61,976 bases of DNA from Eubacteriales bacterium (GTDB lineage Bacteria > Bacillota > Clostridia > Oscillospirales > CAG-272), in assembly GCA_045643785.1 (NCBI GenBank), contig JAZRFR010000031.1, forward strand, positions 1 to 61,976. Reading direction: 5' to 3'. Shown piece after piece: positions 28,201 to 36,664 of the stretch. Every line of letters starts with the position of its first letter. Position 1 is the first letter of the stretch. Position numbers and translations under genes: made by a program. The notes under the pieces were generated by a model. That model did not search any database and was not told the origin of the DNA. It saw only the letters and a program-made list of their open reading frames with translations.

Positions 28201-28561
28201 CTCTCGTAATGGCCACGTCCGAGCTGTCCAGCCCGAGGAAGCCGTATTCACGACCGAATATGTAATCCTCAACGCTTCCGTCCGTGCGCGTTACACGGAT
28301 GGACGTGTAGGAGGTATCGTAATCGGCGGAGGGATAGAGCAGATTCTGGTTGTTATCCTCTTTTTCAAGACGGTTTCCTTCCACCGTGTTGATCAAGAAT
28401 CCGCCGTTTTCAGCCGAAACGGTCACGCTGATATAATCGTCTGCAAGCTCGTACGGTTCGGGAGTCTTCAGCTCCTCGGCAAACACCGAAATCGGAAGAC
28501 TGCCCACGAGCATCACCGCGCAAAGCACGGACGCCAATATTTTTTTCGCGATATTCTTCAT
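22274..28561 (-). CDS. 2095-aa cell-surface protein with signal peptide and C-terminal TM anchor
   Basis: Start set at ATG 28561: MKNIAKKILASVLCAVMLVGSLPISVFA is a signal peptide. The ORF track start at 28639 adds 26 non-signal residues. Many Ig-like beta-rich segments. Acidic S/T-rich duplicated 18-aa linker. Tail GLPVGAVAGIAVGAVLITACGGFAIFWFVIKKRK. Confidence 0.8.
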   Translation of the reverse strand: MKNIAKKILASVLCAVMLVGSLPISVFAEELKTPEPYELADDYISVTVSAENGGFLINTVEGNRLEKEDNNQNLLYPSADYDTSYTSIRVTRTDGSVEDYIFGREYGFLGLDSSDVAITRAGNTLEAVWSVKDITVKQTLGLLDEASSQHGMVSIDYAVSTTSDDVANVKVRIMLDTALGNNDSGYYQVPNVVNEYASLTNEYMLDNTDSYTAYNGAFFAVDDPSSPKINAYTLDVAVDGRIVKPYQVAFGHWNSLASTVFDFTPDDAVNFTNSYNEKYRTADSAYALYYDLGALTPEKESRVSTRYGVFSNSTVSGEESVAINLSSIPASMTMTEDQSGYIPQVDGGKNGDIRLQLLVENLASEDLDSMTLVVKTMNNVTPYVDWQFNEMYEADSDYQETRYDFVSDEELAYDIYFNVTPLPASEYRRFEILCYDTSGGEELTEANLLGSREFYLFCPGVLGEVVTFNTISPQIIHYEGTRRLFISGQNIGLLQDATAYTTVLRSTTGGTDVVIPSQNVVVDTTNNSMYVTVDTEMVTGSYQVVFDWNEAGKEDSTATALSFMVSDRPEFVAPTYGIVTIEKAKDFTDNNAKYTVGMYESEADYKAAVSDPKITVYLEFRGNFGANYDTDGNLIELKAASMADVRGKITNTINISNCLDVEDGFVSINIENSGKDDQCINIDIDGKVYTTNARSKVWDGVCAITSFENGNLNTLVQYKQDGTEADNIDSVTANTNAIMLLWPGAASEAQTLAGMIFELRYCYFGMIATEPGTVTSATEKRRVISFGAQLSPGFLLPRNFDWGSRETSAMEAVQLKMAKTNYTADQLRDVEARYARDQRNWRESQKGSLNLYVDNILFGGGFLGFVATIDVELPSYAEGLPGIGGTLDLHIMPALDYWKIGVAGEADFELLKFEAALTLKKAHGEIPGLDKLYFYVEGDVPGINVDGMGIFWIQGLGGGIDNLYDTICMVSDLPPISLLMSGKFALFSVLSARADLELSLRGFEVDISELGIKDITLIDNLGLEVRWYPALFLRGDIAINILGIIDGGGYIVLEESLEDGSIFWEAFATAGLMIPDYVPLIGGYEIGRASLGVNCNKIWGAMAVIGIDFGITYYWGGDVDFGLGKYDTPEPTYPLRRSVPVAYNAQTGRTLYMSMGTNATLRANTQRTTVSAEYSVDSSIDRMTHTISLGGYNSAWDTMLTMTYQAATRAEAEEIAKQTVKIVAADDESVAYELNWLDPDKYADEQDDANAILSYDESSGEAMITVSFTDEAAYAHDWKITTGASSELALYEMDRMASIDSASYAYDQATDSMSVHWEGYALSDIDELTVYAVAEDGTSHHLHQTTNVAAGEVTFDLPASLPGGTYTIQLVASSEENNISCAVSADTGFHYVNPSQPSAPTVDRVALGGDYSIDVDLTAGQNTDGYVITVEEKITEDGETRWESTSLGSQRIETADGSTITVGGQYETTVYVDSEGNTVSYADAQGRDDVTAATQIKGLEAGKTYRLKIVAYHEDGGELYSEATYSEEITMVAPARPTVSVSAEGAIVTDGVNYINVTEAIININADMAVSGTWKLDGGAQEGTFEADTRTSLTIGGRPETDDLPAEDGLSEGQHTLTLTGTNANGDAFAVDYVFCVKATAPRLQIATPNAGSFFDETVSVTGLSEPGAKIHVLLDGKEVSSLRVDATGEFSVSVPMDTNVFEQTVSVYAEDAIGNVSRQYDFKLTNAIVTAPDNDVSIFLNGIDYTNSVIPAGASGTLELKIVSGEKSIVVPASSVLGSQAEWSVEVVDGSAEISGNRLTTDSEVTGILKASFEGHDVAAVLGGNNPDPVVPPEIEISVGGSSWNTFISLPDFDTYFNEKQSVTISASSGEIGIREVYYLVSPTPLTLEQLRALSPEDWTAYTEAFEIAPSMECVIYVMATDNNGTVAYGSSDGIVLKDRISVSGIEDGKTYEGDLTVTVDDPHLDYVKVDGVTIDLTDGKFTVKADDRSHTVEIADKAGNTAVYTVTVATQEEDETTSDPTDSEDTTQPDDEGETTSAPTEPEDTTRTDDEGGLPVGAVAGIAVGAVLITACGGFAIFWFVIKKRKWSDLFHK

Positions 28562-28654
28562 AGTAATAACCATCCTTTGATTATTGAGCGTTTTGCGCCA
28601 AAGACGCAAAAGGCGTGTTTGAGAACGTGCCGCAAACACGCCTCCATGATGCGC

Positions 28655-31600
28655 TTAACCCGTAACGTAAATTACGAATCGGTACATATCTCTGCCTTGT
28701 GTGGTCACAAGGAACGTATGATAATCTTGGGTAAGCTCAAGTGTCATTTCATTTTCTGCTGCGTCGGTGTAACCGTCCGTAAGAGAAATCGAGTGATTCT
28801 TCATCTGACCGACGGACTTATTTCCCTCTCTCATATCGAGCTTATAAGGCTCTCGATTGTGGGAAAGCGTGATGGTGATCTCACCGGAATCAACGATCAC
28901 GCATTGATCCTTCTCGACGATCTCACCGTTCACCTTGACCGCGATCTGCTCTCCGCTGTAGAAGCGTATCCGCCCCTCAGCCGAGCTCTTGTTTCCGTCT
29001 TCGTCCTCCACGAGGTAGGTCACAGCGTACGTACCTGCCGCTGTCGCGTTGGGAATATCGAAGCTGAATATCAGCGCGTCTTTCGACGTGGAGTTATCGG
29101 TTGCCGTGATGTTTTCGCGAAGTGCTGTCCGAATCTCTTGCTCGGACGCGTCAAGGGAGAGCGAGATCAGCGACTTGTTGATCATAAGGGTGGGAGCCGT
29201 TCTGTCCGGCATGGGAATGCGGAGCATCTGCACGATGGCAGAATTTCCGTATGCGTCCACCGCGTAAACAGAGGGATACAGGCCTTCGGAATCCTCCGCG
29301 ATCGTGATCGCCGTCCATGTGTTCGCGCTGACGTTTATGCCGTCTGCGTTTCCGTTAAGCGTCACGTAAGCGTCACGGTTGACGCTCACGTAAACCGTAT
29401 CGCCGACATTTACGTTGTAGGTCTCGGGATCTATGATGTTGCGGCCGTCAGCATCGGAGGAAAGCGTTATCGTAAGCTTTTCGGTAACGATATCGCTCAC
29501 CCTTACGCTGATCTCGCCGACGTTCCCTGCTCGGTCGGTCACTCGGTACGTGTACGTACCGTTCTGGCGAACCGTCTGCGTCAGCTTTGCATCCTTCAAG
29601 CCGTTCTGCCAGGTGACCGTCTCGTTTGCCGCAACCGTTACGGTTGCCTGCATGTGATGATCGCTCATATCGACAGTCGACTCAAGCACGGGAGCGATCT
29701 TGTCGATGGTGGAGATTTCGGGGAGAGAAATGATGTTTGTGAGAGATTTATTGAGCGAGGAGACCACCTTGATGTACATGGCGGGAGTATTGTCCTCGTA
29801 TATAACGGTGACTCTGTCATGCATAAACACGACCGTTACGCCCGCGGGATCCATCATGCGGTTTCCGTCCTTATCACAAACGTATACCTCCGCGAGCGTC
29901 TTGGAGAATGTCATCTGTACGGAAACATCCTGATTGGTGTATCTGACGCCCGTGCCGTCGTAATTCGCTGACCATAGGGTGTTGTTTACCTGCGGCGTGG
30001 TCATATCGATGCAGGAAACCGCTGTGTTGACGGATCCCGTGAACACCTGACCGTCATACTCATAGGAGTAATGCACCGTAACCGCTTTGTTTTCGGTGAC
30101 CGAGAGGTACTGTTTTCCGAAGAAGGAGGACAGCGTATCGGTTTCCACCATCGGTGTGATGTCGACGTTTGTGATCCGAAGATTCGTAACGCCCTGAAGC
30201 GGGGGATCCGCAAGGTAGATACGCACCTCGGTTCCGTTCTTGATCAGCGCCTGAACAAGAGTGGGTGCCGGAGGCTCCTCTCCCAGCACGTCTACCGAAA
30301 AGACGATCGTCGCGCTGTTGTTCTTGCTGTCCACGACGTGAAGCGCGAACTCGCAATTCTGATTGATCTGCAGCGTTCGTCCCACGATGCTGACGCCCGC
30401 TACGCCGTCGCTCGTTCCCGTACTGTAATCGGGAGCGTCGGCGGAAACGTCAGACGAAATAAACAGCTTTGTTTGGTTCTCGTCCATGATATCCAGCGTA
30501 AGGATAAGCGTTTCTGCCCAAACCACCTGAGAGATCAGGTCGCTGATATGGGGGTGCAGATTCTCCGCGCCGTACATGGCCGTATAGTTGTTCAGTGCGA
30601 CCTGAGCTTCTGTCGGGCGGGAGGTGTCGGTGAGAACGTACGCGCCGTTCAGCTCTACCGCGCCGCTCTGATGCTTCACGTAGCCCGTAACGCCCACGTC
30701 GGGAGCGTAAGTGTCGTTTACACTTTCCTCTGTCTGCGGAATCTTGATCGTTACGGGAAGAGTTGCTGTAATGTCCTCGCCCGTCATACCAACGTGGTTT
30801 TTATAGTTCGTGAAGACGTAAGAGGTCTCGCCGCCCGGAACAAACGTAAAGGTAGGTACCATGCCGTTTTCATCGGTAAGGTAGGAGCCGTTCTCGTCCA
30901 TCAGCGTTGCCGTTATTTCTCCCTCGTAGGAGTTATCGGCCTTGTTTACCTTATACGGATTGTAATTCCAAACCACCACAGGGACAATCGGCTTGTTGTA
31001 AATATTGGTTATGCTGATCGGGATATCGTAGCTTGATCCCGAATACGTACAGCTGATATGGAAGCTTGCGTTATCCGAGAGAACGATCTGCAAGGAGGAG
31101 GTTCCGTTACCCGTCACCACCGTTCCTTCGGGAAGCGCATCGGCATCGACTGTAAAGACTCCGCCGGTGGAGCTGTTCACCGTAACGGTTACGGGATCCT
31201 TGGTGACCTTGGTTTCGGAAACAGAGATCACGGGATCCTTCGGAAGCCCCGTAACGGCGATGGAAAGCTCGTAATACTCGCCGTACTTATCGAAGAAGCC
31301 GTAGGTATACCCACCGTCCTTGAATATCGGGAGCGCAAATTCCGCGCTGTAGCTGTCGGTATACAGAACGACTGGCAGGTTTTCACCCATCTCCTCGTCG
31401 TATACGGTGTTGTACGGGTCGTATATTTCACGCTGGGTAATTCCCTGCGCGTACAGATACGTGTTCGCGGTTACACCTACAGCTCCGATGGCGGGGTTCT
31501 CGCCAATGGTGAGCGCCGGCTTTACGTTGGGCGCGCTGACTGTAAAGGTCCGCTCGGCTCTGTTGCCGTCAATATCCACCGCGATCTCGCCGCCTACGTA

Positions 31601-34600
31601 TCCGCGCACCGTCACGGTATGCTCGATCATCTCGCCCTCTGCCTTGGTGGGATCATAGGGGAATACGTACTTGAGCCACCCATCTACGAAGGAAACCAGA
31701 CCTGCATCGTTGGCGTTCGCAAAAATATCGTAATTGCCGCTCTGCGTGTCAAGCTTTACCTCTTCACGGTCATCGATCTGTACCGAGAACTCGTCAAGTG
31801 CCTTTTCGATGGAATAATGGTAGATTCCGAGGATCTGCGTGATGCCGTCGTGCGTATACACTTCAACATACTCGTCGGGATCGATCACCTCCACGTCCAG
31901 CTTGCCGACCTCGGGATTCTTTTCGAAGTAATACATATTCGATGCGGATTCGCTGTAAGCGTTGCTGACGATGGGATAAAAGGCCGTCGCATTGCCCACC
32001 TCGTCAACCACGAGAATCAGCTCGTTTACGGGTTCAGTATATACGGTGAAGTTTGAAGCGGTTCCGTTCAGTCCCATATAGCCGTTTGTACGATCGCTCA
32101 TCATGGGGATCGGCTGACTGCCGTCAACCGTCTTGAGCGTCCACTCGTCCGTTTCGGGATCGACGTATGCGTGGTAGACGGTCAACGCTCCGTTGGGAGA
32201 GTGGGCGTAATCGATGTTGAAGTATACCGACTGGGCCACGATTCTTTCGTATTCGGTTCCCTCAATGGGGTACGTGTAAACGTCACGCAGAGTATCCACC
32301 ATGGTGATCGAGGAACCGAATTCCATGCTCATCTCCACCGTGGGGGCTTCATCAAACAGGTTGATCTCGAAGCGGCTCTCGGGGGAAACCTTGCCGTTTT
32401 CCATAATGAACTGATAGCAGATCACGTTTCTTCCGATCGCCAGCTTGAAGTTGCTGACGTCCAGCGCCGCAAGCTCCTCGGAGGAAACGATCATCTTGTC
32501 GTCCACGTTCGCATACCAGCCGAGATCTACCCACAGCGAATACTGAGTGAGTTCATCTCCGGCATACAGTGAGCTCCATTCGAGGGTGGAAGGATCGCCG
32601 CTGCTTGCCGCATTCCATATGCGTATACCGCTGACCTTGCCGATGGTCTGTCCGAGATAGGTCGTACCCGACGTTGGGATGTCTATGTTGATATACGACC
32701 TGGAAGGCTCCCAGCCCGCTGTTTGGCCCAACGCGTTTGTCTCGCTTCGCATAAATGCGGGCTTACCGTCCTTGTAAATGACGGTATTGGACATCTCGTC
32801 GATTTCGTTGTGATGCTCGGTAGGATGAACAACACCGATGTTAACAGACGTGAGATACTTGCCGTCGGTCGCTTTTTCGCTCATGTCGATGGTGGAATCG
32901 TACGTATATTCCACATACCGCTCATATTCGGAAACGCCATAGGATTCGGGAACGGGATCATTGTCGAACAGAAGCTTCTCTTCAAGGAAGAATTCCTGCG
33001 CTCCTCCGCTCTTTTGGGCGACGTATATCACGATCCCGTACGCGCCGCTGACAGAGTCATACTCGGACTGAGGAACCGCGATGCTTTGCGCCGAGCCAAC
33101 CACAAGCGGTATGCGCTCTCCCAGGAGATCTCCCGTGCGGTTGCCTTCGGCATCCAGCACGACGAACTGCGCGTAGGAGTTGGCGAAGTCTATATCGCTG
33201 GCACCAAGGGAGGGCATCAGCAGATTCGTGAGTGTGAAATGATACTTCACACCAAGGATGGATTTGTATATCCTATAGAATTCATATCCGTTGCTCTGTT
33301 CCAACGCAACCTCTACGCCCGAGCCATCCGTAACACCTGCGAGAATCACCTCGTGGACGTCGTTACGCAGACAGGTGTATATCATCTCGAAGCTGTTTCC
33401 CTGCTGGAAGGAGGTATCTCCCTCGTCTACGACAGGGCCGTTCACCACGGGCGTCAGATCGGTGCCCGATGCCGCAAGATGGATGTTCATTATACCGTAA
33501 TAGCTGTTCCAATCGGGAACCTCGACCGTAACGCTCTCATATACGCCCGCGTTGATCTCTACGAGATACCAATCGGTGGCCGTCGGGTCCAACAAAGAGA
33601 TTTCTTGGTTTTTGTCGGTCATATTGAACACCCGAACGTAGGTCTTGCCGTCGATCTCAACGGTAACTCTCGTATATCCTCCGTATACCGCGTTCGAGGA
33701 TACGGGAGCCTGAATGTTCACGTCCGAGATGCCGCCGGGCTTATTCTCATCGTAAACGATCTTGTAGCGCGAGTTGATTCTTTGGAGATTTGCCGTGAAC
33801 ACGCTCTCGTCCGACGTATAAGAAGAACAATTTCCGACCTTATCAAATGCCCTGACGTGTAATATTTTGGTTACAATATCCACAGAGGACTCGGGAGTAA
33901 ACTCGATTTGGTCGCCGGACTGTATGATCGTCCAGCCGTTGTCCGTGGGAGCTGCTCCGACGTCGGTCCACTGATATTCGATACGCTCGACGCCGTTCAG
34001 ATCGGTCGCCGATACGTCTGCGCGGAAGGTCGCGGTGTTGGTCGTGTCATCCGCGCGCTCGATCACCACCGCGTGAGGCGCTACCAGAAGCGTGGGCGCC
34101 TTGCGGTCGATCCCGAGATCGGTCAGCAGCGCGGAAACGGTGGACGTGTTGCCCTTGGCGTCCTCGAGAGAAAAATCAAGCTGAATTCCGATCGAATCCA
34201 AAAGCTCGGTCGCTTCCGTCGTATTCAAATGCAAATGTAAGAAATATTCACCCGGTACAGGGATCCGGAAGTCCGAATACTGCTGTACCGTATTGACCGC
34301 AGTACCGTTGCCGCTAAAGGTAACGGGATCAGCCGAGTCGGTTACGGCGTACCGCCACGTCAAGCCCTCAACGCTTGCCGCCGAGGATACTGAAAGCTTC
34401 TGGTTGATATCCGCCGTGATCCCTGATTCGGAATCCGCCACGTTCAGCTTTATGATAAAGTACTTTTCATCATGCTCGTCGATATGCTTGATCACGTCGC
34501 CGACCATCTCAAGCGTCGGTCCCTCGTTATCGAAGGTGAATTGCTTATCGACACTCACGCCGGAGAGGCTACCGTTCATAATGTTGTGGCTGGCATCCTC

Positions 34601-36088
34601 AAACTTCCCCGCGCCGATCAGCTCAATCGGACGAATCTCGCCGTCCATGCCTTCCGCAAGGGTGATCCTGTCAAACACCAGCTTCGTAACGTTGCCTGTG
34701 TTCTGCGACGGCTTTATCGTCCGGATCTCCTTGAGCGGGGTGATGATGTAATTTCCGTTTTGATCCGTCAGGTTCCATTTGAGCTTAACGTCCTTCATCT
34801 GCGCGCCTTGGATCAAAAATACCTGCTCGCTGAGTATCAGACTAAGCTCCACCCAATCTCCGTGCGCCAGGAACAGATCCGCTTGACTCAGATCCCCCGC
34901 CTTGACGGCGTTGCTGTCAAGCTCTATCGATGCAACGGTTGTTGCCATGGCGTCAAGATATATGGGCTTTGTTTTAAGCGATACCGTTCTGTCAAGGGCA
35001 AAGGGATTACCTGCCATATCCGTAACGGGAGACTTTACGGTAGTACCCGTATCGCCCCTGGTCGTATAAAGAGGATACTCACCGTATTCCGACACGTCCT
35101 CAAGCTCGACGATGCGCCATTCGTCTCCGATCAACGCTTCGGCATCGGTGGCGGTAAATCCTATTTTACAGTAATCGCCGCTAAACCGCGTTGCCTCAAA
35201 GAGCACCTCTGTATACTCACTTGACTGAGCAAGCTTTGGAACAAGGTAAGCCTTGAACTTCAGGGTTGCAAGCATCTCATAAGTGATCTGATTGGGAGCG
35301 GAGGGGCGCACGGTCTCGCCGCAATCCAGCCAGATGATCGGAGTTCCGTCGGCCGTGACCTCGCCCGTAACCGTAACTTCATTCGAAGGCGCCTCGAAAT
35401 CGGCGGTCAAGACTATAACGTCCTTGACCGTATAAAAGGTATTTCCCTCAAAGGAGGTCACACCCCATGGGGTCGTGATCGTCTGGGTCTTGAAGTTGCG
35501 GTCGTGGTCGCCCGCGTACGATGCAACACGGGCTTGTGTATCATAGACATCGACTTCGTTTAGGTATACAAGCCTGGATTTGAACTGATGCTTGTTATCC
35601 TTCATGTACGTTGCAAAGTACGTTTCTCCGTGCTCCACGCCCGGATATACCTTCACCTCATATTTGCCGATGTTGCCAATAAGAACGTCGCTGTAGGAGG
35701 TCTGGATCCTGGCTCCGCGCCCCGTAAACGTCTTGCTCTTCATAGTCGGGCCCCAAACTCCCGTTGACCTCACCAAGCACTTGTTCTGATCTGTCACGTA
35801 GTAGAAATCATCTGACTGGTCGTGAGCGGCGTAAAGCTCCGTATTTTCGGCAAGGTGCGCGGGCAAGATTCCATAGTTATAACTAAACTCACTCGGCATC
35901 CTGAGGTATTCAACGGTATTGCTCCGCGTGTTTGCGCTGTTACCCGTCTGTTGCTCGACGGGCACTGACTCTGAGGTCACTATAATCGGGAGAGACAGCA
36001 GAAGTGCCATGGTCAGCAAAATACAAACCGCGGATTTGCCAACTCTTTGCAGCCTTCTGACTGTTCTGAGCCTAAAAATTTTCTTCAT
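28655..36088 (-). CDS. 2477-aa secreted giant protein with repetitive beta-rich/Ig-like architecture and no C-terminal anchor
   Basis: N-terminal signal/anchor KSAVCILLTMALLLSLPIIVTSES. No recognisable catalytic motifs. Its ATG is embedded in an ATGA overlap with the stop of the upstream small gene. Confidence 0.8.
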   Translation of the reverse strand: MKKIFRLRTVRRLQRVGKSAVCILLTMALLLSLPIIVTSESVPVEQQTGNSANTRSNTVEYLRMPSEFSYNYGILPAHLAENTELYAAHDQSDDFYYVTDQNKCLVRSTGVWGPTMKSKTFTGRGARIQTSYSDVLIGNIGKYEVKVYPGVEHGETYFATYMKDNKHQFKSRLVYLNEVDVYDTQARVASYAGDHDRNFKTQTITTPWGVTSFEGNTFYTVKDVIVLTADFEAPSNEVTVTGEVTADGTPIIWLDCGETVRPSAPNQITYEMLATLKFKAYLVPKLAQSSEYTEVLFEATRFSGDYCKIGFTATDAEALIGDEWRIVELEDVSEYGEYPLYTTRGDTGTTVKSPVTDMAGNPFALDRTVSLKTKPIYLDAMATTVASIELDSNAVKAGDLSQADLFLAHGDWVELSLILSEQVFLIQGAQMKDVKLKWNLTDQNGNYIITPLKEIRTIKPSQNTGNVTKLVFDRITLAEGMDGEIRPIELIGAGKFEDASHNIMNGSLSGVSVDKQFTFDNEGPTLEMVGDVIKHIDEHDEKYFIIKLNVADSESGITADINQKLSVSSAASVEGLTWRYAVTDSADPVTFSGNGTAVNTVQQYSDFRIPVPGEYFLHLHLNTTEATELLDSIGIQLDFSLEDAKGNTSTVSALLTDLGIDRKAPTLLVAPHAVVIERADDTTNTATFRADVSATDLNGVERIEYQWTDVGAAPTDNGWTIIQSGDQIEFTPESSVDIVTKILHVRAFDKVGNCSSYTSDESVFTANLQRINSRYKIVYDENKPGGISDVNIQAPVSSNAVYGGYTRVTVEIDGKTYVRVFNMTDKNQEISLLDPTATDWYLVEINAGVYESVTVEVPDWNSYYGIMNIHLAASGTDLTPVVNGPVVDEGDTSFQQGNSFEMIYTCLRNDVHEVILAGVTDGSGVEVALEQSNGYEFYRIYKSILGVKYHFTLTNLLMPSLGASDIDFANSYAQFVVLDAEGNRTGDLLGERIPLVVGSAQSIAVPQSEYDSVSGAYGIVIYVAQKSGGAQEFFLEEKLLFDNDPVPESYGVSEYERYVEYTYDSTIDMSEKATDGKYLTSVNIGVVHPTEHHNEIDEMSNTVIYKDGKPAFMRSETNALGQTAGWEPSRSYINIDIPTSGTTYLGQTIGKVSGIRIWNAASSGDPSTLEWSSLYAGDELTQYSLWVDLGWYANVDDKMIVSSEELAALDVSNFKLAIGRNVICYQFIMENGKVSPESRFEINLFDEAPTVEMSMEFGSSITMVDTLRDVYTYPIEGTEYERIVAQSVYFNIDYAHSPNGALTVYHAYVDPETDEWTLKTVDGSQPIPMMSDRTNGYMGLNGTASNFTVYTEPVNELILVVDEVGNATAFYPIVSNAYSESASNMYYFEKNPEVGKLDVEVIDPDEYVEVYTHDGITQILGIYHYSIEKALDEFSVQIDDREEVKLDTQSGNYDIFANANDAGLVSFVDGWLKYVFPYDPTKAEGEMIEHTVTVRGYVGGEIAVDIDGNRAERTFTVSAPNVKPALTIGENPAIGAVGVTANTYLYAQGITQREIYDPYNTVYDEEMGENLPVVLYTDSYSAEFALPIFKDGGYTYGFFDKYGEYYELSIAVTGLPKDPVISVSETKVTKDPVTVTVNSSTGGVFTVDADALPEGTVVTGNGTSSLQIVLSDNASFHISCTYSGSSYDIPISITNIYNKPIVPVVVWNYNPYKVNKADNSYEGEITATLMDENGSYLTDENGMVPTFTFVPGGETSYVFTNYKNHVGMTGEDITATLPVTIKIPQTEESVNDTYAPDVGVTGYVKHQSGAVELNGAYVLTDTSRPTEAQVALNNYTAMYGAENLHPHISDLISQVVWAETLILTLDIMDENQTKLFISSDVSADAPDYSTGTSDGVAGVSIVGRTLQINQNCEFALHVVDSKNNSATIVFSVDVLGEEPPAPTLVQALIKNGTEVRIYLADPPLQGVTNLRITNVDITPMVETDTLSSFFGKQYLSVTENKAVTVHYSYEYDGQVFTGSVNTAVSCIDMTTPQVNNTLWSANYDGTGVRYTNQDVSVQMTFSKTLAEVYVCDKDGNRMMDPAGVTVVFMHDRVTVIYEDNTPAMYIKVVSSLNKSLTNIISLPEISTIDKIAPVLESTVDMSDHHMQATVTVAANETVTWQNGLKDAKLTQTVRQNGTYTYRVTDRAGNVGEISVRVSDIVTEKLTITLSSDADGRNIIDPETYNVNVGDTVYVSVNRDAYVTLNGNADGINVSANTWTAITIAEDSEGLYPSVYAVDAYGNSAIVQMLRIPMPDRTAPTLMINKSLISLSLDASEQEIRTALRENITATDNSTSKDALIFSFDIPNATAAGTYAVTYLVEDEDGNKSSAEGRIRFYSGEQIAVKVNGEIVEKDQCVIVDSGEITITLSHNREPYKLDMREGNKSVGQMKNHSISLTDGYTDAAENEMTLELTQDYHTFLVTTQGRDMYRFVIYVTG

Positions 36089-36486
36089 ATCGTGTATGTG
36101 CTCCTTTCTCGCGCGTTACCATCCTTGTGATCGGCAGGCTTTTTGTTTTCTGAGCAAGTGCAGATTCCGAGCAGTTCCTCGCACTTTTGATAATAAAAAC
36201 AATCCTCACAGGTGCTGTTCTCGTCCTTCCTGCCTCTGAATCGTTCGCAGGGATGTTGCATCGCCGTGACAAACGGAATACCGTCATCGGTATACTGAGG
36301 GATTTTTGTAAAGTCGGGGTAGATCGCCATCGGCTCGGCAAACCTGGCGTACCTGTCACCTTCCTCATAGTATCCATACCGGATTTCAAAGGTTACTCCG
36401 TGACACGTAATGACCTTGAACAGATCGCCTTCCTTGGGTGCGGGGGGCTGTGGTTCTGTGTTGACTTCAAACAGCTTCGTAAACAT
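36085..36486 (-). CDS. Small (133 aa) cytoplasmic Cys-rich protein, unknown function, first gene of unit A
   Basis: Start set at ATG 36486 (RBS AGGAGG 6 nt upstream). Cys cluster HPCERF...STCEDCFYYQKCEELLGICTC. No signal peptide. Confidence 0.6.
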   Translation of the reverse strand: MFTKLFEVNTEPQPPAPKEGDLFKVITCHGVTFEIRYGYYEEGDRYARFAEPMAIYPDFTKIPQYTDDGIPFVTAMQHPCERFRGRKDENSTCEDCFYYQKCEELLGICTCSENKKPADHKDGNARERSTYTI

Positions 36487-36517
36487 ATTTTCCTCCTTTC
36501 GGCGTTTCGTCAAAAAG

Positions 36518-36565
36518 AAAGATCTGCCATACTTTATCGGTCTGATAACAGTATAGCAGATCTTT
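36518..36565. promoter_or_regulatory. 15-bp inverted repeat (14/15 match) separated by 18 bp, just upstream of unit A
   Basis: AAAGATCTGCCATAC (36518-36532) pairs with GTATAGCAGATCTTT (36551-36565). It lies 32-80 nt upstream of ATG 36486. Confidence 0.5.
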
Positions 36566-36664
36566 CCAATTTTTTGTACTACCTCAAATACGAAAAAAAG
36601 TATTGACTTTTTTTCAAAATTTGAAATTCATATAACTTTTCGGGGGTGTTTTGGATATATAAAA

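Noticed and set aside
28562-28639. N-terminal extensions suggested by the ORF track. Examples: 28639 for the 2095-aa protein, 7147 for the AAA+, 52966 and 54327 for the CBM9-like paralogs, 59288 and 60132, 40081, 40635, 41802, 45347 and 4986.
   Set aside because: In each case an internal ATG is preceded by a GGAGG-type RBS at 5-9 nt. That ATG begins a proper signal peptide, lipobox or conserved N-terminus. The extensions have no RBS and run into promoters or terminators.
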